Assembly (NCBI GenBank): GCA_965221865.1
Contig: OZ244918.1
Location: 1,318,724-1,382,723, forward strand
From: Candidatus Poriferisocius sp.
Lineage (GTDB): Bacteria; Actinomycetota; Acidimicrobiia; Acidimicrobiales; Bin134
Length of the DNA: 64,000 nt
Direction of reading: 5' to 3'
Shown: positions 26,287-35,883 of the stretch, one piece after another
How positions within the stretch are numbered: position 1 is the first letter of the stretch
Layout of the letters: each line of letters begins with the position of its first letter
The notes under the pieces: model-generated
What the model saw: only the letters and a program-made list of their open reading frames with translations
The model's database searches: none
Told to the model about the DNA's origin: nothing
Translations under genes and position numbers: made by a program

Positions 26287-26417
26287 AAAGGGAGTTTAGA
26301 GAAAGGGTGTGACAAGTATGCTGCAATGGGCTTTGAATGCATGGCCGATTAGCAAAGTTAAATGGAACATCGTGCTTGGGCGAAGGATTCAGCGGGCAGA
26401 AGTGGTATTAAATAGCT

Positions 26418-26918
26418 ATGGCACAAATTATGTTTCGCGACAATCCCGTAAACACCAATGGCGATTTGCCAGCGGTAGGATCGGCTGCACCGGCTTTAAC
26501 CCTTACAGGCAGCGATTTATCCCCAATCACCCTAGATGCTTTAGCTGGACGCAATGTGGTGCTCAACATATTTCCTAGCATTGACACTGGCGTATGCGCG
26601 ACCAGCGTGCGAGCGTTCAACGAACGGGCCGCCAACTTAGATAACACCACTGTCATCTGCGCGTCTTTAGATTTACCTTTTGCTGGGTCACGCTTCTGCG
26701 GTGCTGAGGGGATCGAAAACGTTACCGTTGGCTCCATCTTCCGTAACCGCGAGTTTCTAGATAACTACGGCGTAGAAATGACCGACGGTCCCTTAGCAGG
26801 CTTAACAGCTAGAGCCGTTGTTGTAATCGCCCCCGACGGAACCGTGGCCCACACCGAACTAGTTAGCGATATTGCCTCAGAACCAAACTACGACGCCGCC
26901 CTAGCTAGCTGCAGCTAA
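26418..26918 (+). CDS. tpx: Thiol peroxidase (atypical 2-Cys peroxiredoxin)
   Basis: The segment NIFPSIDTGVCATSVRAFN contains the peroxidatic Cys. LDLPFAGSRFCGAEGIENV contains the resolving Cys. The protein is 166 aa. Confidence 0.9.
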   Translation: MAQIMFRDNPVNTNGDLPAVGSAAPALTLTGSDLSPITLDALAGRNVVLNIFPSIDTGVCATSVRAFNERAANLDNTTVICASLDLPFAGSRFCGAEGIENVTVGSIFRNREFLDNYGVEMTDGPLAGLTARAVVVIAPDGTVAHTELVSDIASEPNYDAALASCS

Positions 26919-26965
26919 ACTTCTGGTCCAACAACAAATGGACTTAGACGTAAAGCACAATCGGG

Positions 26966-27625
26966 ATGACCACACCAAGACAGCTTCAAGATGGATTCTC
27001 GCTTGTAGTACTTGGTGCATTTAATCCCACTATCTTTCAACCGTCATGGTTTGCGCAAGAAGATCTGCTCCAGCAAGAGGAAGCCGACAGGGCCACTATT
27101 GAGATCATTCATCGAGAAGTAACTGCTTTTAAGTTGGACTGGCTCAAACTGCAAATCACACGTGACCTGCTTATTTTGCACTCAAACCGAGAGTCTCATT
27201 ACGAAACCACAAGAGATTTGCTTATTGGCACGCTTACCCTTCTCAGGCACACACCTACTCAAGCATTAGGGGTGAATCACGATTGGATACTTGAATGCAA
27301 ATCGCAAGATAGTTTCAATCAGCTAGGGTGGAGCCTTGTACCTAAAGACAACTGGTGTCCAGTTCTCCAGCGGCCTGGCATGATAAGAGTAGAGGAACAA
27401 GGAGAACGAACCGACAACCACAGCGGACACATGCGAGTAAGAATAGAACCATTCTTAGATGGAGGGACAAAAATAATATGTGCAATTAACGATCACTTCA
27501 GTGTCTCTCAAGAGAACAACCCAAATTCAACAATGGCAATAAGTGAATTACTGAATGCTGAGTGGAACCACATATCAGAACGCGCTAGCCAAATTCATGA
27601 TCATGTCAAAGGACTGATTAAATGA
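26966..27625 (+). CDS. Hypothetical protein, first gene of an orphan two-gene cassette
   Basis: The ORF is 219 aa. Its GC is lower than the flanks, about 43% in the stretch I counted. I recognise no motif. Confidence 0.5.
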   Translation: MTTPRQLQDGFSLVVLGAFNPTIFQPSWFAQEDLLQQEEADRATIEIIHREVTAFKLDWLKLQITRDLLILHSNRESHYETTRDLLIGTLTLLRHTPTQALGVNHDWILECKSQDSFNQLGWSLVPKDNWCPVLQRPGMIRVEEQGERTDNHSGHMRVRIEPFLDGGTKIICAINDHFSVSQENNPNSTMAISELLNAEWNHISERASQIHDHVKGLIK

Positions 27626-28188
27626 CACAAACCAACACGATGGGAGATTTTGAGAGTGATTACCTTAATAAAGGAGTTCCTATTACACCTGCATACGAAA
27701 TACCCCAGCAGGCTCAGCTACTGCTTAGCACAGCAGCACCCGAAACAATACCCGAAAGTGTTCAGATAACTACCACAAGCCGCGCGTTGCCTCGGCCACC
27801 TGTAATTGCGCCTGTTGCCCTGCCCAATCGCACTCAGCTCCAACCCCACTTTCGTGCCCTCCAAAAGTGGCAGGGGATAGTTTCTGAAGTGACAGATGAG
27901 ACTTTTACTGCACAGCTATTAGATCTCTTTAAGCCTTCAATTGAAGAAGTTGCCGAGTTTGAGTTAGAGGAAGTGAGCCGCGGCGATCTGTGTCTCGTTC
28001 AGCCAGGCGCAGTGTTTTACTGGAGTATTGGCTACCTCACTGAACCTTCTGGCTCACGAAGCCGAACGTCTGTTCTTGTCTTCCGACGTCTGCCAGCGTG
28101 GAGTGAGAAAGACATAGAGCAAGCTAAAAGTCGAGCAAGGGAACTTCGAAATAGTTTCGGATGGTGCAATAACAGATTCTATTTCTGA
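27622..28188 (+). CDS. Hypothetical protein, second gene of the cassette
   Basis: The ORF is 188 aa and overlaps the upstream gene by 4 nt in an ATGA. It has a Pro/Ala-rich low-complexity N-terminus and a compact C-terminal domain. Confidence 0.5.
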   Translation: MTQTNTMGDFESDYLNKGVPITPAYEIPQQAQLLLSTAAPETIPESVQITTTSRALPRPPVIAPVALPNRTQLQPHFRALQKWQGIVSEVTDETFTAQLLDLFKPSIEEVAEFELEEVSRGDLCLVQPGAVFYWSIGYLTEPSGSRSRTSVLVFRRLPAWSEKDIEQAKSRARELRNSFGWCNNRFYF

Positions 28189-28285
28189 ATTCAGTGCGCT
28201 CATCGCAAAGCCTAAGCAACCAAAACGTGCTGTGCCTCGCCCACAGCGAAATCCATCATGCAGCTAGGAGTTTGGTGTGTAACAA

Positions 28286-29503
28286 CTAGGGCTTGCGCTG
28301 TCTAGCGAACAACCTTAGTAAGCGGCGTTTAGCCACAGAATCGCCACCCACTAAGCGGCGACGTCTATGAGCAGCTTCAGCATCTGTAAGTTCTTGCACT
28401 ACCTCGCCTCGCTCTAAATAACTCGACAAAAACGCTTGCATGGTTGCCGCAGCAGGCAATGCCAGCACAGCTCCTACCGGACCTAACAACAACCCGCCCG
28501 CAATAACCGAACCAAAAGCAACCGTTACATGAATCTCCATGGTTTGTGCGGTTACCTTTGGTTGCAACAAATAGTTCTCCACCTGCTGATATGCAGCAAT
28601 AGCTATCAGCACTCCCAACCCAGTGGAAGGCTGATCCAACAAACCGACCAGCACCGGCAAAGCCCCAGCAATGTAAGTTCCGATTACCGGCACAAACTGC
28701 GACACCAACCCTACCCATAGTGCTAAAGGCAGTGGAAACGGCACCCCTAACAGCCAGAAAACCAGCCAATGCACTAAAGAGCTAATCACAGCTAAAATCA
28801 AACGACTGTATATGTAGCCACCAGTTTTTTCGATAGCCAAATCCCAAACCTTAAGCACCTGACGCTGGTGCTGCGGCTTCAGCAGCGAGCAGATATTGCG
28901 GCGTAGCTTTGGCCCCTCTGCCACCAAATAAAAGGTGAACAACAAAATCGTGAGTGCTTGAAACAGCGCCTGCAAAACGGTTGCACCTAGATTTACCAGA
29001 TTGTCTGCCAAACGAGTAGCTAAATTGGCAACTGCGCCACCCTCTTGAAACTCGCCAATCAAACCCTCGGCATCCACCTCTATCGCAAAGGTGTCTTCTA
29101 GCCAATCCTCAATATCGCTGATGTAGCTAGGGCCGTTATCGGCAAACTCAACTACCTGATCGGCAAGTACCGTCCCAATAGCCCACAAAAATAGTCCCAG
29201 CGCAACAAACAACAACAAGAACATCAACCCTGTACCAGCACCGCGACGCACACCCATGCGCTCTAAACGGTTAACTGCTGGCTCTAATGCAAACGACAAA
29301 AACAAAGACACCAAAACAATCACCAGCAACATCTGTAACTGTTGCAACAACCAACCCAATACGTATAGGCCTGCTAATGCCGCAGCGCCCACCAAAATAG
29401 CTCTCAGCAACCAAGGTGGTAGCTTTTTTGCAGGATCAGACTGCAGAACTAACGGCTCATCAGCATGAGCAGGTAAACCAGCTTCAGGCACAAAATCTGA
29501 CAC
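28286..29503 (-). CDS. AI-2E family transporter (PerM/YhhT, UPF0118)
   Basis: The protein is a polytopic membrane protein of 405 aa with a typical AI-2E pattern (...GGYIYSRLILAVISSL..., ...YQQVENYLLQPKV...). Confidence 0.75.
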   Translation of the reverse strand: MSDFVPEAGLPAHADEPLVLQSDPAKKLPPWLLRAILVGAAALAGLYVLGWLLQQLQMLLVIVLVSLFLSFALEPAVNRLERMGVRRGAGTGLMFLLLFVALGLFLWAIGTVLADQVVEFADNGPSYISDIEDWLEDTFAIEVDAEGLIGEFQEGGAVANLATRLADNLVNLGATVLQALFQALTILLFTFYLVAEGPKLRRNICSLLKPQHQRQVLKVWDLAIEKTGGYIYSRLILAVISSLVHWLVFWLLGVPFPLPLALWVGLVSQFVPVIGTYIAGALPVLVGLLDQPSTGLGVLIAIAAYQQVENYLLQPKVTAQTMEIHVTVAFGSVIAGGLLLGPVGAVLALPAAATMQAFLSSYLERGEVVQELTDAEAAHRRRRLVGGDSVAKRRLLRLFARQRKP

Positions 29504-29671
29504 TTCATCTCACGCTATACCTGCTTGATACTTCATAAAGGGATTTAGCTAAAAGCCCTTACCAAAGATTTCTTCACACTGAGATTTGGCTATTTCACTT
29601 CTACCGGTTATCATTTCCCTGCTGCATTTGTTTCCGCAAATGTTGCTCGTTTCAAACGATGTCTGTTAAGG

Positions 29672-29767
29672 CCTGTTTGGTGTTTTTACTGCAAACAGGA
29701 ACCAAACAGCAAAACCGAAAACCGCTCCGCCGGAGGGTGCCCACATGGGCCTTGATCCGTGCGGAGC
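29672..29767 (+). promoter_or_regulatory. Structured leader upstream of rplC with mutually exclusive hairpins and a second stem
   Basis: cctgtttg (29672-29679) can pair with caaacagg (29692-29699). Alternatively, ctgtttggt (29673-29681) can pair with accaaacag (29701-29709). A further stem is gctccgc (29724-29730) with gcggagc (29761-29767). Confidence 0.3.
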
Positions 29768-29790
29768 TTTCGCGTAAAGGCAGGTTCGCG

Positions 29791-30435
29791 GTGGTTGCTA
29801 AGGCGATTGTCGGCGAAAAACTTGGAATGACTCAGGTCTGGGACGACGAGGACTGCGTCGTGCCTGTAACCGTGCTCAAAGTTGAATCCTGTCGAATTGT
29901 GCAGGTTAAACGGCCAGAAACCGACGGTTACTCAGCTTTACAAGTTACCTACGGCACCCAAAAGCCCGAAAGGTTAACGCAAGCACAGATAGGTCACCTG
30001 AACAAAGCAAATGTGACGCCGGGACGCCAGCTACTAGAGCTTCGTATTGACGATGTAGGTAGCTACGAACCAGGTCAAGAACTTGGTGCAGAGGTTTTTG
30101 ATGGAGGTGAGCTAGTAGACGTAACCGGCATAAGCAAAGGTAAGGGCTTCGCTGGAGCAATGAAGCGACATAACTTCAGCGGGCAAAAAGCTAGCCACGG
30201 AGCACACAAAGTGCATCGCAAGCCTGGTGCAGTAGGGCAGTGCGCTACACCATCTAGAATCTTTAAAGGCAAACGGATGCCCGGTCGCACTGGTGCCGAA
30301 AAGGTGACCACCCTTAACCTAAAAGTAGTTCGCGTGGACAGCGATAACCACCTCATCTTAGTAAAAGGTTCGGTGCCCGGCCGCCGAGGATCTACCGTTT
30401 TGATCCGCAGCGCCATCAAAGGGCAAGCCCAATGA
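29791..30435 (+). CDS. rplC: 50S ribosomal protein L3
   Basis: The translation is (V)VAKAIVGEKLGMTQVWDDE...FAGAMKRHNFSGQKASHG. I placed the start at GTG 29791, which follows aaaggcagg. Confidence 0.95.
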   Translation: MVAKAIVGEKLGMTQVWDDEDCVVPVTVLKVESCRIVQVKRPETDGYSALQVTYGTQKPERLTQAQIGHLNKANVTPGRQLLELRIDDVGSYEPGQELGAEVFDGGELVDVTGISKGKGFAGAMKRHNFSGQKASHGAHKVHRKPGAVGQCATPSRIFKGKRMPGRTGAEKVTTLNLKVVRVDSDNHLILVKGSVPGRRGSTVLIRSAIKGQAQ

Positions 30436-31055
30436 CAACCATTACTGTTCGCAACCCCTCCTCTGGCGCACAAACAGGATCGGTAGATTTAGACCCCGCA
30501 GTGTTTGCTATTGAGCCCAACGTAGCGGTGATGCATCAAGTAATTACCGCACAACTAGCAGCTCGCCGCAAAGGCACTCAAAGCACTCGCACTCGCGCTG
30601 AGGTAAAAGGTGGTGCTAGCAAACCGTGGCGGCAAAAAGGCACTGGTCGAGCACGCCATGGCTCTATTCGTACCCCTCAATGGCGAGGAGGTGGCATAGC
30701 GCTTGGCCCCAAACCCCGAAGTTATCGCCAGCGCACTCCAAAACGCATGATTCGCTTAGCACTGTGGTCAGCGCTCTCAGATAGGGCACGCAATAACAAG
30801 GTGATAGTGATAGACGAATGGCACTTTTCAGCCCCTCGCACAAAAGACGCCATCGCAGCACTAGACGTTTTGGAGATCCAAGGGCGGGTGCTAGTGGTTG
30901 CCGATATTAGCCAGCGCGAGGTTTGGAAAAGCTTTAGCAACCTTAGCGAAGTACATGTAATCAGCCCTACAGAACTAAACGCCTACGACGTTCTAATAAC
31001 CGATTCGGTAGTGTTTAGCCTTGACACACTACCAACTGCGGAGAAATCCTCATGA
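30432..31055 (+). CDS. rplD: 50S ribosomal protein L4
   Basis: The segment GGASKPWRQKGTGRARHGSIRTPQWRGGG is characteristic of L4, and the operon position fits. Confidence 0.96.
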   Translation: MTTITVRNPSSGAQTGSVDLDPAVFAIEPNVAVMHQVITAQLAARRKGTQSTRTRAEVKGGASKPWRQKGTGRARHGSIRTPQWRGGGIALGPKPRSYRQRTPKRMIRLALWSALSDRARNNKVIVIDEWHFSAPRTKDAIAALDVLEIQGRVLVVADISQREVWKSFSNLSEVHVISPTELNAYDVLITDSVVFSLDTLPTAEKSS

Positions 31056-31342
31056 AAGACCCCCGCGACATAGTGATGGCACCTATCGTATCTGAGAAGT
31101 CTTACGAACTTCTAGAAGCCAACGTCTACACATTCAAGGTCAACCCCGCTGCTACCAAGCCTGAAATCAAAGATGCTGTGGAATCGCTGTTTGGCGTGAC
31201 CGTGCTGAAAATAAACACCATCAATCGCAAAGGCAAACGCCGCCGCAACCGGCGGAGTCCCACTTTTGGTCGCCGTCCCGATGTGAAACGGGCTTTAGTT
31301 ACACTAGCCGAAGGTGATCAAATTGAGTTGTTCGATGTATAA
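31052..31342 (+). CDS. rplW: 50S ribosomal protein L23
   Basis: The translation is MKDPRDIVMAPIVSEKSYELLEANVYTFKV..., and the operon position fits. Confidence 0.95.
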   Translation: MKDPRDIVMAPIVSEKSYELLEANVYTFKVNPAATKPEIKDAVESLFGVTVLKINTINRKGKRRRNRRSPTFGRRPDVKRALVTLAEGDQIELFDV

Positions 31343-31366
31343 GGCACACTATGTATAAGGCACACT
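31335..31366 (+). repeat. Perfect 16-nt tandem duplication (atgtataaggcacact x2) spanning the rplW stop and the rplW-rplB spacer
   Basis: Read directly: 31335-31350 is identical to 31351-31366, followed by the rplB ATG at 31367. Confidence 0.9.
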
Positions 31367-32203
31367 ATGGCTACGCGTAGAAGAAACCCCACCAGCCCAG
31401 GTCGCCGCTTCCAAACCGTTTCAGACTTTGCAGGCATCACCACATCACAACCCGAACGGTCGCTGCTAACAAAAAAACCTGCTACTGGCGGGCGCAACAA
31501 TGTGGGACGCAAAACAGCCCGCCATCGTGGGGGTGGCCATAAACAGCGTTACCGTATAATCGACTTTAAACGCGTTAAAGACGGTGTGCCCGCCACAGTC
31601 GCCTCGGTGGAGTACGATCCCAACCGCAACTGCCGCATCTTGTTGCTACACTTTCACGATGGCGAAAAACGCTATGTGCTTGCGCCAGAAGGCGTAGGTG
31701 TAGGCGATGTCCTGCAAAATGGGCCCCGCGCCGAAATCAGGCCAGGTAATGCTCTACCGCTGCGCTATATCCCAGTTGGTACAACCGTCCACGCGATAGA
31801 ACTCAAACCGGGAGCTGGTGCGCGAATGGCTCGCTCAGCTGGTTCTAGTGCTCAGCTTGTCGCAAAAGAAGGCAGCTTTGCCACGCTGCGTCTGCCTAGC
31901 ACAGAAATGCGTCGCGTTAATTTAGATTGCCGCGCCACTGTGGGTGCTGTTGGTAATGCTGAAGCGGAGTTAATTAAGCTAGGGAAAGCTGGACGCGCAC
32001 GATGGAAAGGTATTCGTCCTCAAACTAGAGGCGTTGCAATGAACCCGGTAGACCACCCCTTAGGTGGTGGCGAGGGTAAGTCTTCGGGTGGCCGCCATCC
32101 TGTATCGCCTTGGGGCACCCCAGAAGGTCGTACCCGTAACCCCAAAAAGAAGTCGCAAGAAATGATCGTAAGACGTCGCCGCACCCGCGGTAAGCGCCGC
32201 TAG
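31367..32203 (+). CDS. rplB: 50S ribosomal protein L2
   Basis: Characteristic segments are [22 protein letters not shown] and [28 protein letters not shown]. Confidence 0.97.
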   Translation: MATRRRNPTSPGRRFQTVSDFAGITTSQPERSLLTKKPATGGRNNVGRKTARHRGGGHKQRYRIIDFKRVKDGVPATVASVEYDPNRNCRILLLHFHDGEKRYVLAPEGVGVGDVLQNGPRAEIRPGNALPLRYIPVGTTVHAIELKPGAGARMARSAGSSAQLVAKEGSFATLRLPSTEMRRVNLDCRATVGAVGNAEAELIKLGKAGRARWKGIRPQTRGVAMNPVDHPLGGGEGKSSGGRHPVSPWGTPEGRTRNPKKKSQEMIVRRRRTRGKRR

Positions 32204-32232
32204 GAAGCTAAGGCGAAAGGAGGGAACCAGCA

Positions 32233-32511
32233 ATGCCCAGAAGCTTAAAGAAAGGCCCGTTTGTAGATGGTCATCTACTCAAAAAAGTAGATGCACTAAA
32301 TGAGGAGAACAAAAAGCAGGTCATTCGTACTTGGTCCCGTCGCTCTACCATTATCCCCGACATGGTTGGGCACACAATTGCAGTACATGACGGTCGCAAA
32401 CATGTGCCGGTTTACATTACCGAAACCATGGTTGGACACAAACTAGGCGAGTTCGCTCCCACCCGCACATTCCGAGCCCATGCAGGACAAGAGCGAGGAT
32501 CACGCCGCTAA
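32233..32511 (+). CDS. rpsS: 30S ribosomal protein S19
   Basis: The translation is [19 protein letters not shown]...[19 protein letters not shown]. Confidence 0.97.
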   Translation: MPRSLKKGPFVDGHLLKKVDALNEENKKQVIRTWSRRSTIIPDMVGHTIAVHDGRKHVPVYITETMVGHKLGEFAPTRTFRAHAGQERGSRR

Positions 32512-33275
32512 TGGCAACTTTCACCGTAGGCGCCGAAACCCGTCCGGGCAGCAAAGCCGTAGCTAAATATGTGCGCTCTTCGGCATATAAGGCTCGCGAG
32601 GTACTAGATCTAGTTCGAGGTAAGCCCTACAACGAAGCCCGTCAAATTCTAACTTTTTCTGAAAGAGGCATCTCTAACACAATTGCTAAATGCTTGGACT
32701 CTGCTGTCGCTAATGCCGAACATAATGATGACCTAGACGGTGATGATCTTTTTGTGGCCGCTTGTTATGCCGATGAAGGCCCAACGCTGAAACGCTGGCG
32801 GCCTCGGGCTAGAGGTAGGGCTACCCGAATTCGCAAACGTACCTGCCATATAACAGTAATTTTGGCCCGCTATACCGAAGACGAACTTGAAGCTAGAGAT
32901 AACCGTATGGCGCTCAAAGGCAGTGGTGGGCAACGTGCCTCTGCCGCCGAAGCTCGCAGGCGCCGGGTAGAAGCCAGCCGGCAACGAGATGCAGAAACAG
33001 ATGAAGAAACTGAGACTGAAACTGAAACAACGGAAGCTGCTGAGATTGAAAGAGCCGAGGTAACTGAAACCGAACCAGCTGAGACTTCAGCGGCTGAAGC
33101 AGATGAAGTAAGCCCAGACGCAACCGCTGAGGATGCTTCTAGCAGCGAAACACCCTCTGAAGAAGTTGAAACCGAAGTTGAAAATACCAAAGAAACCGCA
33201 AACCTAGATACCCCAGAAAATCCACCTCAAGCTACAGAACCCACAGAAGATACGCCTAAAGAAAGAGAATCCTGA
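32511..33275 (+). CDS. rplV: 50S ribosomal protein L22 with a long acidic C-terminal extension
   Basis: The core is [21 protein letters not shown]...[27 protein letters not shown]. It is followed by an E/T/A/D-rich tail of about 130 aa. Confidence 0.93.
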   Translation: MATFTVGAETRPGSKAVAKYVRSSAYKAREVLDLVRGKPYNEARQILTFSERGISNTIAKCLDSAVANAEHNDDLDGDDLFVAACYADEGPTLKRWRPRARGRATRIRKRTCHITVILARYTEDELEARDNRMALKGSGGQRASAAEARRRRVEASRQRDAETDEETETETETTEAAEIERAEVTETEPAETSAAEADEVSPDATAEDASSSETPSEEVETEVENTKETANLDTPENPPQATEPTEDTPKERES

Positions 33276-34177
33276 TGGGCCAAAAGATCAACCCCTATGG
33301 ATTCCGCTTAGGGGTAACCACCGACTGGAAGTCTCGTTGGTTTGCCAACCGCCGTGAGTACGGCGACTTCATCATCGAAGACTGGAAAGTACGCAACTAC
33401 CTGATGACGGAATTGCCACATGCCGCTATTAGCCGCATTGAAATCGAGCGTACTCGCGACCGCCTTCGCGTAGATGTTCACACCGCCCGCCCAGGAATCG
33501 TTATAGGCCGCAAAGGTAGCGAGGCTGACCGCCTCCGCAGCGGGTTAACAGAAATCACCGGCAACAACCGTGTGCAACTTAACATTCAAGAAATCAAGCA
33601 GCCAGAGTTGGATGCTGCGCTGATATCTCAAGGCGTAGCAGATCAGCTTGCCAACCGGGTTGCCTTCCGCAGAGCGATGAAACGAGCAGTACAAAACGCC
33701 CAGAAAGCTGGAGCCCTCGGAATCCGCGTGCAATGCTCAGGCCGTTTAGGTGGCTCTGAAATGGCTCGCACCGAGTGGTACCGCGAAGGCCGTGTACCGC
33801 TTCACACCCTGCGCGCCGATATTGACTATGGGTTTAGAGAAGCTCACACCACCTACGGGCGTATAGGTGTGAAAGTTTGGATTTACAAGGGTGATATCTT
33901 GCCCTACAAAACTCAAGCCGAAGATAAGATCAGCCGCGAAGCAGCCATGGCAGTAGGCGAAACCTCAGGCAGCCAAATAAACCGCAGCGTGATCTCCTCA
34001 GCAGCAGCACCTCGACCAAACGATATAGATCGTATTGACGAAACCGAAGAACCTGCCCCACTCATCAAAGAAGCCGACCCGGAGTTTGAAAAGCTGCTCG
34101 AGGAAGAAGAAGATATCCTTCGCACCACCCGAGAACACCGCGAAGCCCCCCACTTTAGACCCGGCGACGCAGACTAA
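33275..34177 (+). CDS. rpsC: 30S ribosomal protein S3 with a C-terminal extension
   Basis: The translation is [24 protein letters not shown]... with a KH domain. The protein is 300 aa. Confidence 0.96.
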   Translation: MGQKINPYGFRLGVTTDWKSRWFANRREYGDFIIEDWKVRNYLMTELPHAAISRIEIERTRDRLRVDVHTARPGIVIGRKGSEADRLRSGLTEITGNNRVQLNIQEIKQPELDAALISQGVADQLANRVAFRRAMKRAVQNAQKAGALGIRVQCSGRLGGSEMARTEWYREGRVPLHTLRADIDYGFREAHTTYGRIGVKVWIYKGDILPYKTQAEDKISREAAMAVGETSGSQINRSVISSAAAPRPNDIDRIDETEEPAPLIKEADPEFEKLLEEEEDILRTTREHREAPHFRPGDAD

Positions 34178-34259
34178 CCCCTATGAACCCCACGATGCAG
34201 CCAGCCAACTTAGCTAGCCCAAACTCCACAAACCCAAACTTAACAAACAGAGCAAAACC

Positions 34260-34673
34260 ATGTTGATGCCAAAAAAAGTAAAACACCGCAAGCACCATCG
34301 AGGTCGCACCCGCGGCATCGCCAAAGGAGGCACCACCGTTACCTTTGGTGAGTACGGCATCAAAGCCCTTGAGCCGGGCTGGCTCACCGCGCGCCAAATT
34401 GAAGCCACCCGCGTTGCTATTACCCGCCACATTCGTAGAGGAGGCAAAGTTTGGATCAACGTTTTCCCAGATAAACCAGTTACTGAAAAACCAGCCGAAA
34501 CCCGCATGGGTTCTGGTAAAGGTAACCCTGAACGCTGGGTAGCTGTGGTACGCCCGGGAAGAATTCTCTTTGAATTGTCCTATCACGACCGCGACGTTGC
34601 CAAAACAGCTATTGAGCGCGGCATCCAAAAACTACCCATCAAAGCTCGCTTCGTAGAAAGACAGGAGGGCTAA
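34260..34673 (+). CDS. rplP: 50S ribosomal protein L16
   Basis: The translation is [19 protein letters not shown]...[19 protein letters not shown]. Confidence 0.96.
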   Translation: MLMPKKVKHRKHHRGRTRGIAKGGTTVTFGEYGIKALEPGWLTARQIEATRVAITRHIRRGGKVWINVFPDKPVTEKPAETRMGSGKGNPERWVAVVRPGRILFELSYHDRDVAKTAIERGIQKLPIKARFVERQEG

Positions 34674-34678
34674 GCCTC

Positions 34679-34939
34679 ATGGCCCGCACAACTAACTGGC
34701 CAAGCCTCAGCGATGCCGATCTCCTGCAACAGCTTGACGAAGCTAAAGAAGATTTATTCAAACTGCGTTTCCAAATAGTCACTGGTCGATTAACCAACAA
34801 CGCACGCCTAAAAGAAGCTAAAAAAGAGGTTGCCCGCGCTATGACAGAGCTACGAATGAGAGAAATCCGCGCTGCTGAAGACCTCCAAAATCAACTGACC
34901 AATACTACGTCAACTACCGATGCGCAGGAGGCTGGGTAA
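34679..34939 (+). CDS. rpmC: 50S ribosomal protein L29
   Basis: The segment LLQQLDEAKEDLFKLRFQIVTGRLTNNARLKEAKKEVAR is characteristic, and the operon position fits. Confidence 0.92.
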   Translation: MARTTNWPSLSDADLLQQLDEAKEDLFKLRFQIVTGRLTNNARLKEAKKEVARAMTELRMREIRAAEDLQNQLTNTTSTTDAQEAG

Positions 34940-35199
34940 TGTCTGAACGCGATAACAGGCGCAAAGTGCGCGAGGGCTTGGTGTCAGCAGTCAAAATGGA
35001 CAAAACAGTCATTGTGGTCTCTACAGACCGAGTTCGCCACCGCCGCTACAACAAAACGGTACAGCGCACCACACGGCTTTACGTTCACGACGAATCTAAC
35101 CAATTAGCAATAGGCGACAGGGTCCGCGTGCAAGAAACCCGTCCCCTATCTAAAACAAAGCGCTGGCGGCTTCTAGAAATTGTGGAGCGTGCTCGATGA
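34939..35199 (+). CDS. rpsQ: 30S ribosomal protein S17
   Basis: The translation is [42 protein letters not shown]. Confidence 0.95.
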   Translation: MSERDNRRKVREGLVSAVKMDKTVIVVSTDRVRHRRYNKTVQRTTRLYVHDESNQLAIGDRVRVQETRPLSKTKRWRLLEIVERAR

Positions 35200-35570
35200 T
35201 CCAACAAGAAACCAGAGTTAAAGTGGCCGACAACTCGGGCGCTAGAGAGGTTCTTTGCATTCGTGTTTTAGGGGCCTCCCGCATGCGCTATGCCAGCATC
35301 GGCGATGTCTTCATTGCAACTGTAAAAGACGCTCTGCCCGGCGCTTCAGTTCATAAAGGCGATGTGGTGCGCTGTGTGCTGGTGAGGGCCAAAAAAGAAA
35401 AACGCCGCAAAGACGGCTCATATATACGCTTTGATGAGAACGCGGCTGTGCTGCTGAGCGATCAAGACAACATGCAACCGCGCGGTACACGCATCTTCGG
35501 CCCAGTAGGGCGCGAACTGCGCGACAAGCGTTTCATGCGCATCGTTTCGCTCGCACCGGAGGTGCTTTAG
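35196..35570 (+). CDS. rplN: 50S ribosomal protein L14
   Basis: The translation is [26 protein letters not shown]... Confidence 0.97.
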   Translation: MIQQETRVKVADNSGAREVLCIRVLGASRMRYASIGDVFIATVKDALPGASVHKGDVVRCVLVRAKKEKRRKDGSYIRFDENAAVLLSDQDNMQPRGTRIFGPVGRELRDKRFMRIVSLAPEVL

Positions 35571-35574
35571 CACT

Positions 35575-35883
35575 ATGAAAATCCGCAAAGGCGACCGTGT
35601 CAGAGTGCTTAGCGGCAAAGACCGCGGCAAAGAAGGCGAGGTCATGTTTGCTTTCCCATCTGAAGGGACTGTCATTATCGACGGTGTGAACATAGCTAAA
35701 AAACACCAAGGCCCTCGCCAAGGAATAATGCAAACCGGCATCATAGACAAGGAAATGCCCATCCGCGTTTCTAACGTAGCTGTGCTTAGCCCAGCCGATA
35801 ACAAGCCCACCAGAGTGGCCTACCGTTTTGATAGCAACGGTGAAAAAATCCGCATTTGCCGCCGCACTGGGGTGGATCTCTAA
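35575..35883 (+). CDS. rplX: 50S ribosomal protein L24
   Basis: The translation is [23 protein letters not shown]..., which contains a KOW motif. Confidence 0.95.
   Translation: MKIRKGDRVRVLSGKDRGKEGEVMFAFPSEGTVIIDGVNIAKKHQGPRQGIMQTGIIDKEMPIRVSNVAVLSPADNKPTRVAYRFDSNGEKIRICRRTGVDL

Noticed and set aside
28377-29105. Alternative-frame minus-strand ORFs 28377-28769 and 28851-29105 within the AI-2E transporter gene
   Set aside because: They lie on the same strand as the 405-aa transporter ORF but out of frame with it. The transporter frame has coherent TM-helix periodicity and these frames do not.
32733-34628. Long antisense ORFs inside rplV, rpsC and rplP (for example 32870-33190 minus and 34155-34628 minus)
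   Set aside because: They are shadow ORFs opposite highly conserved ribosomal protein genes. Their translations are low-complexity Ser/Ala-rich sequences with no motifs.
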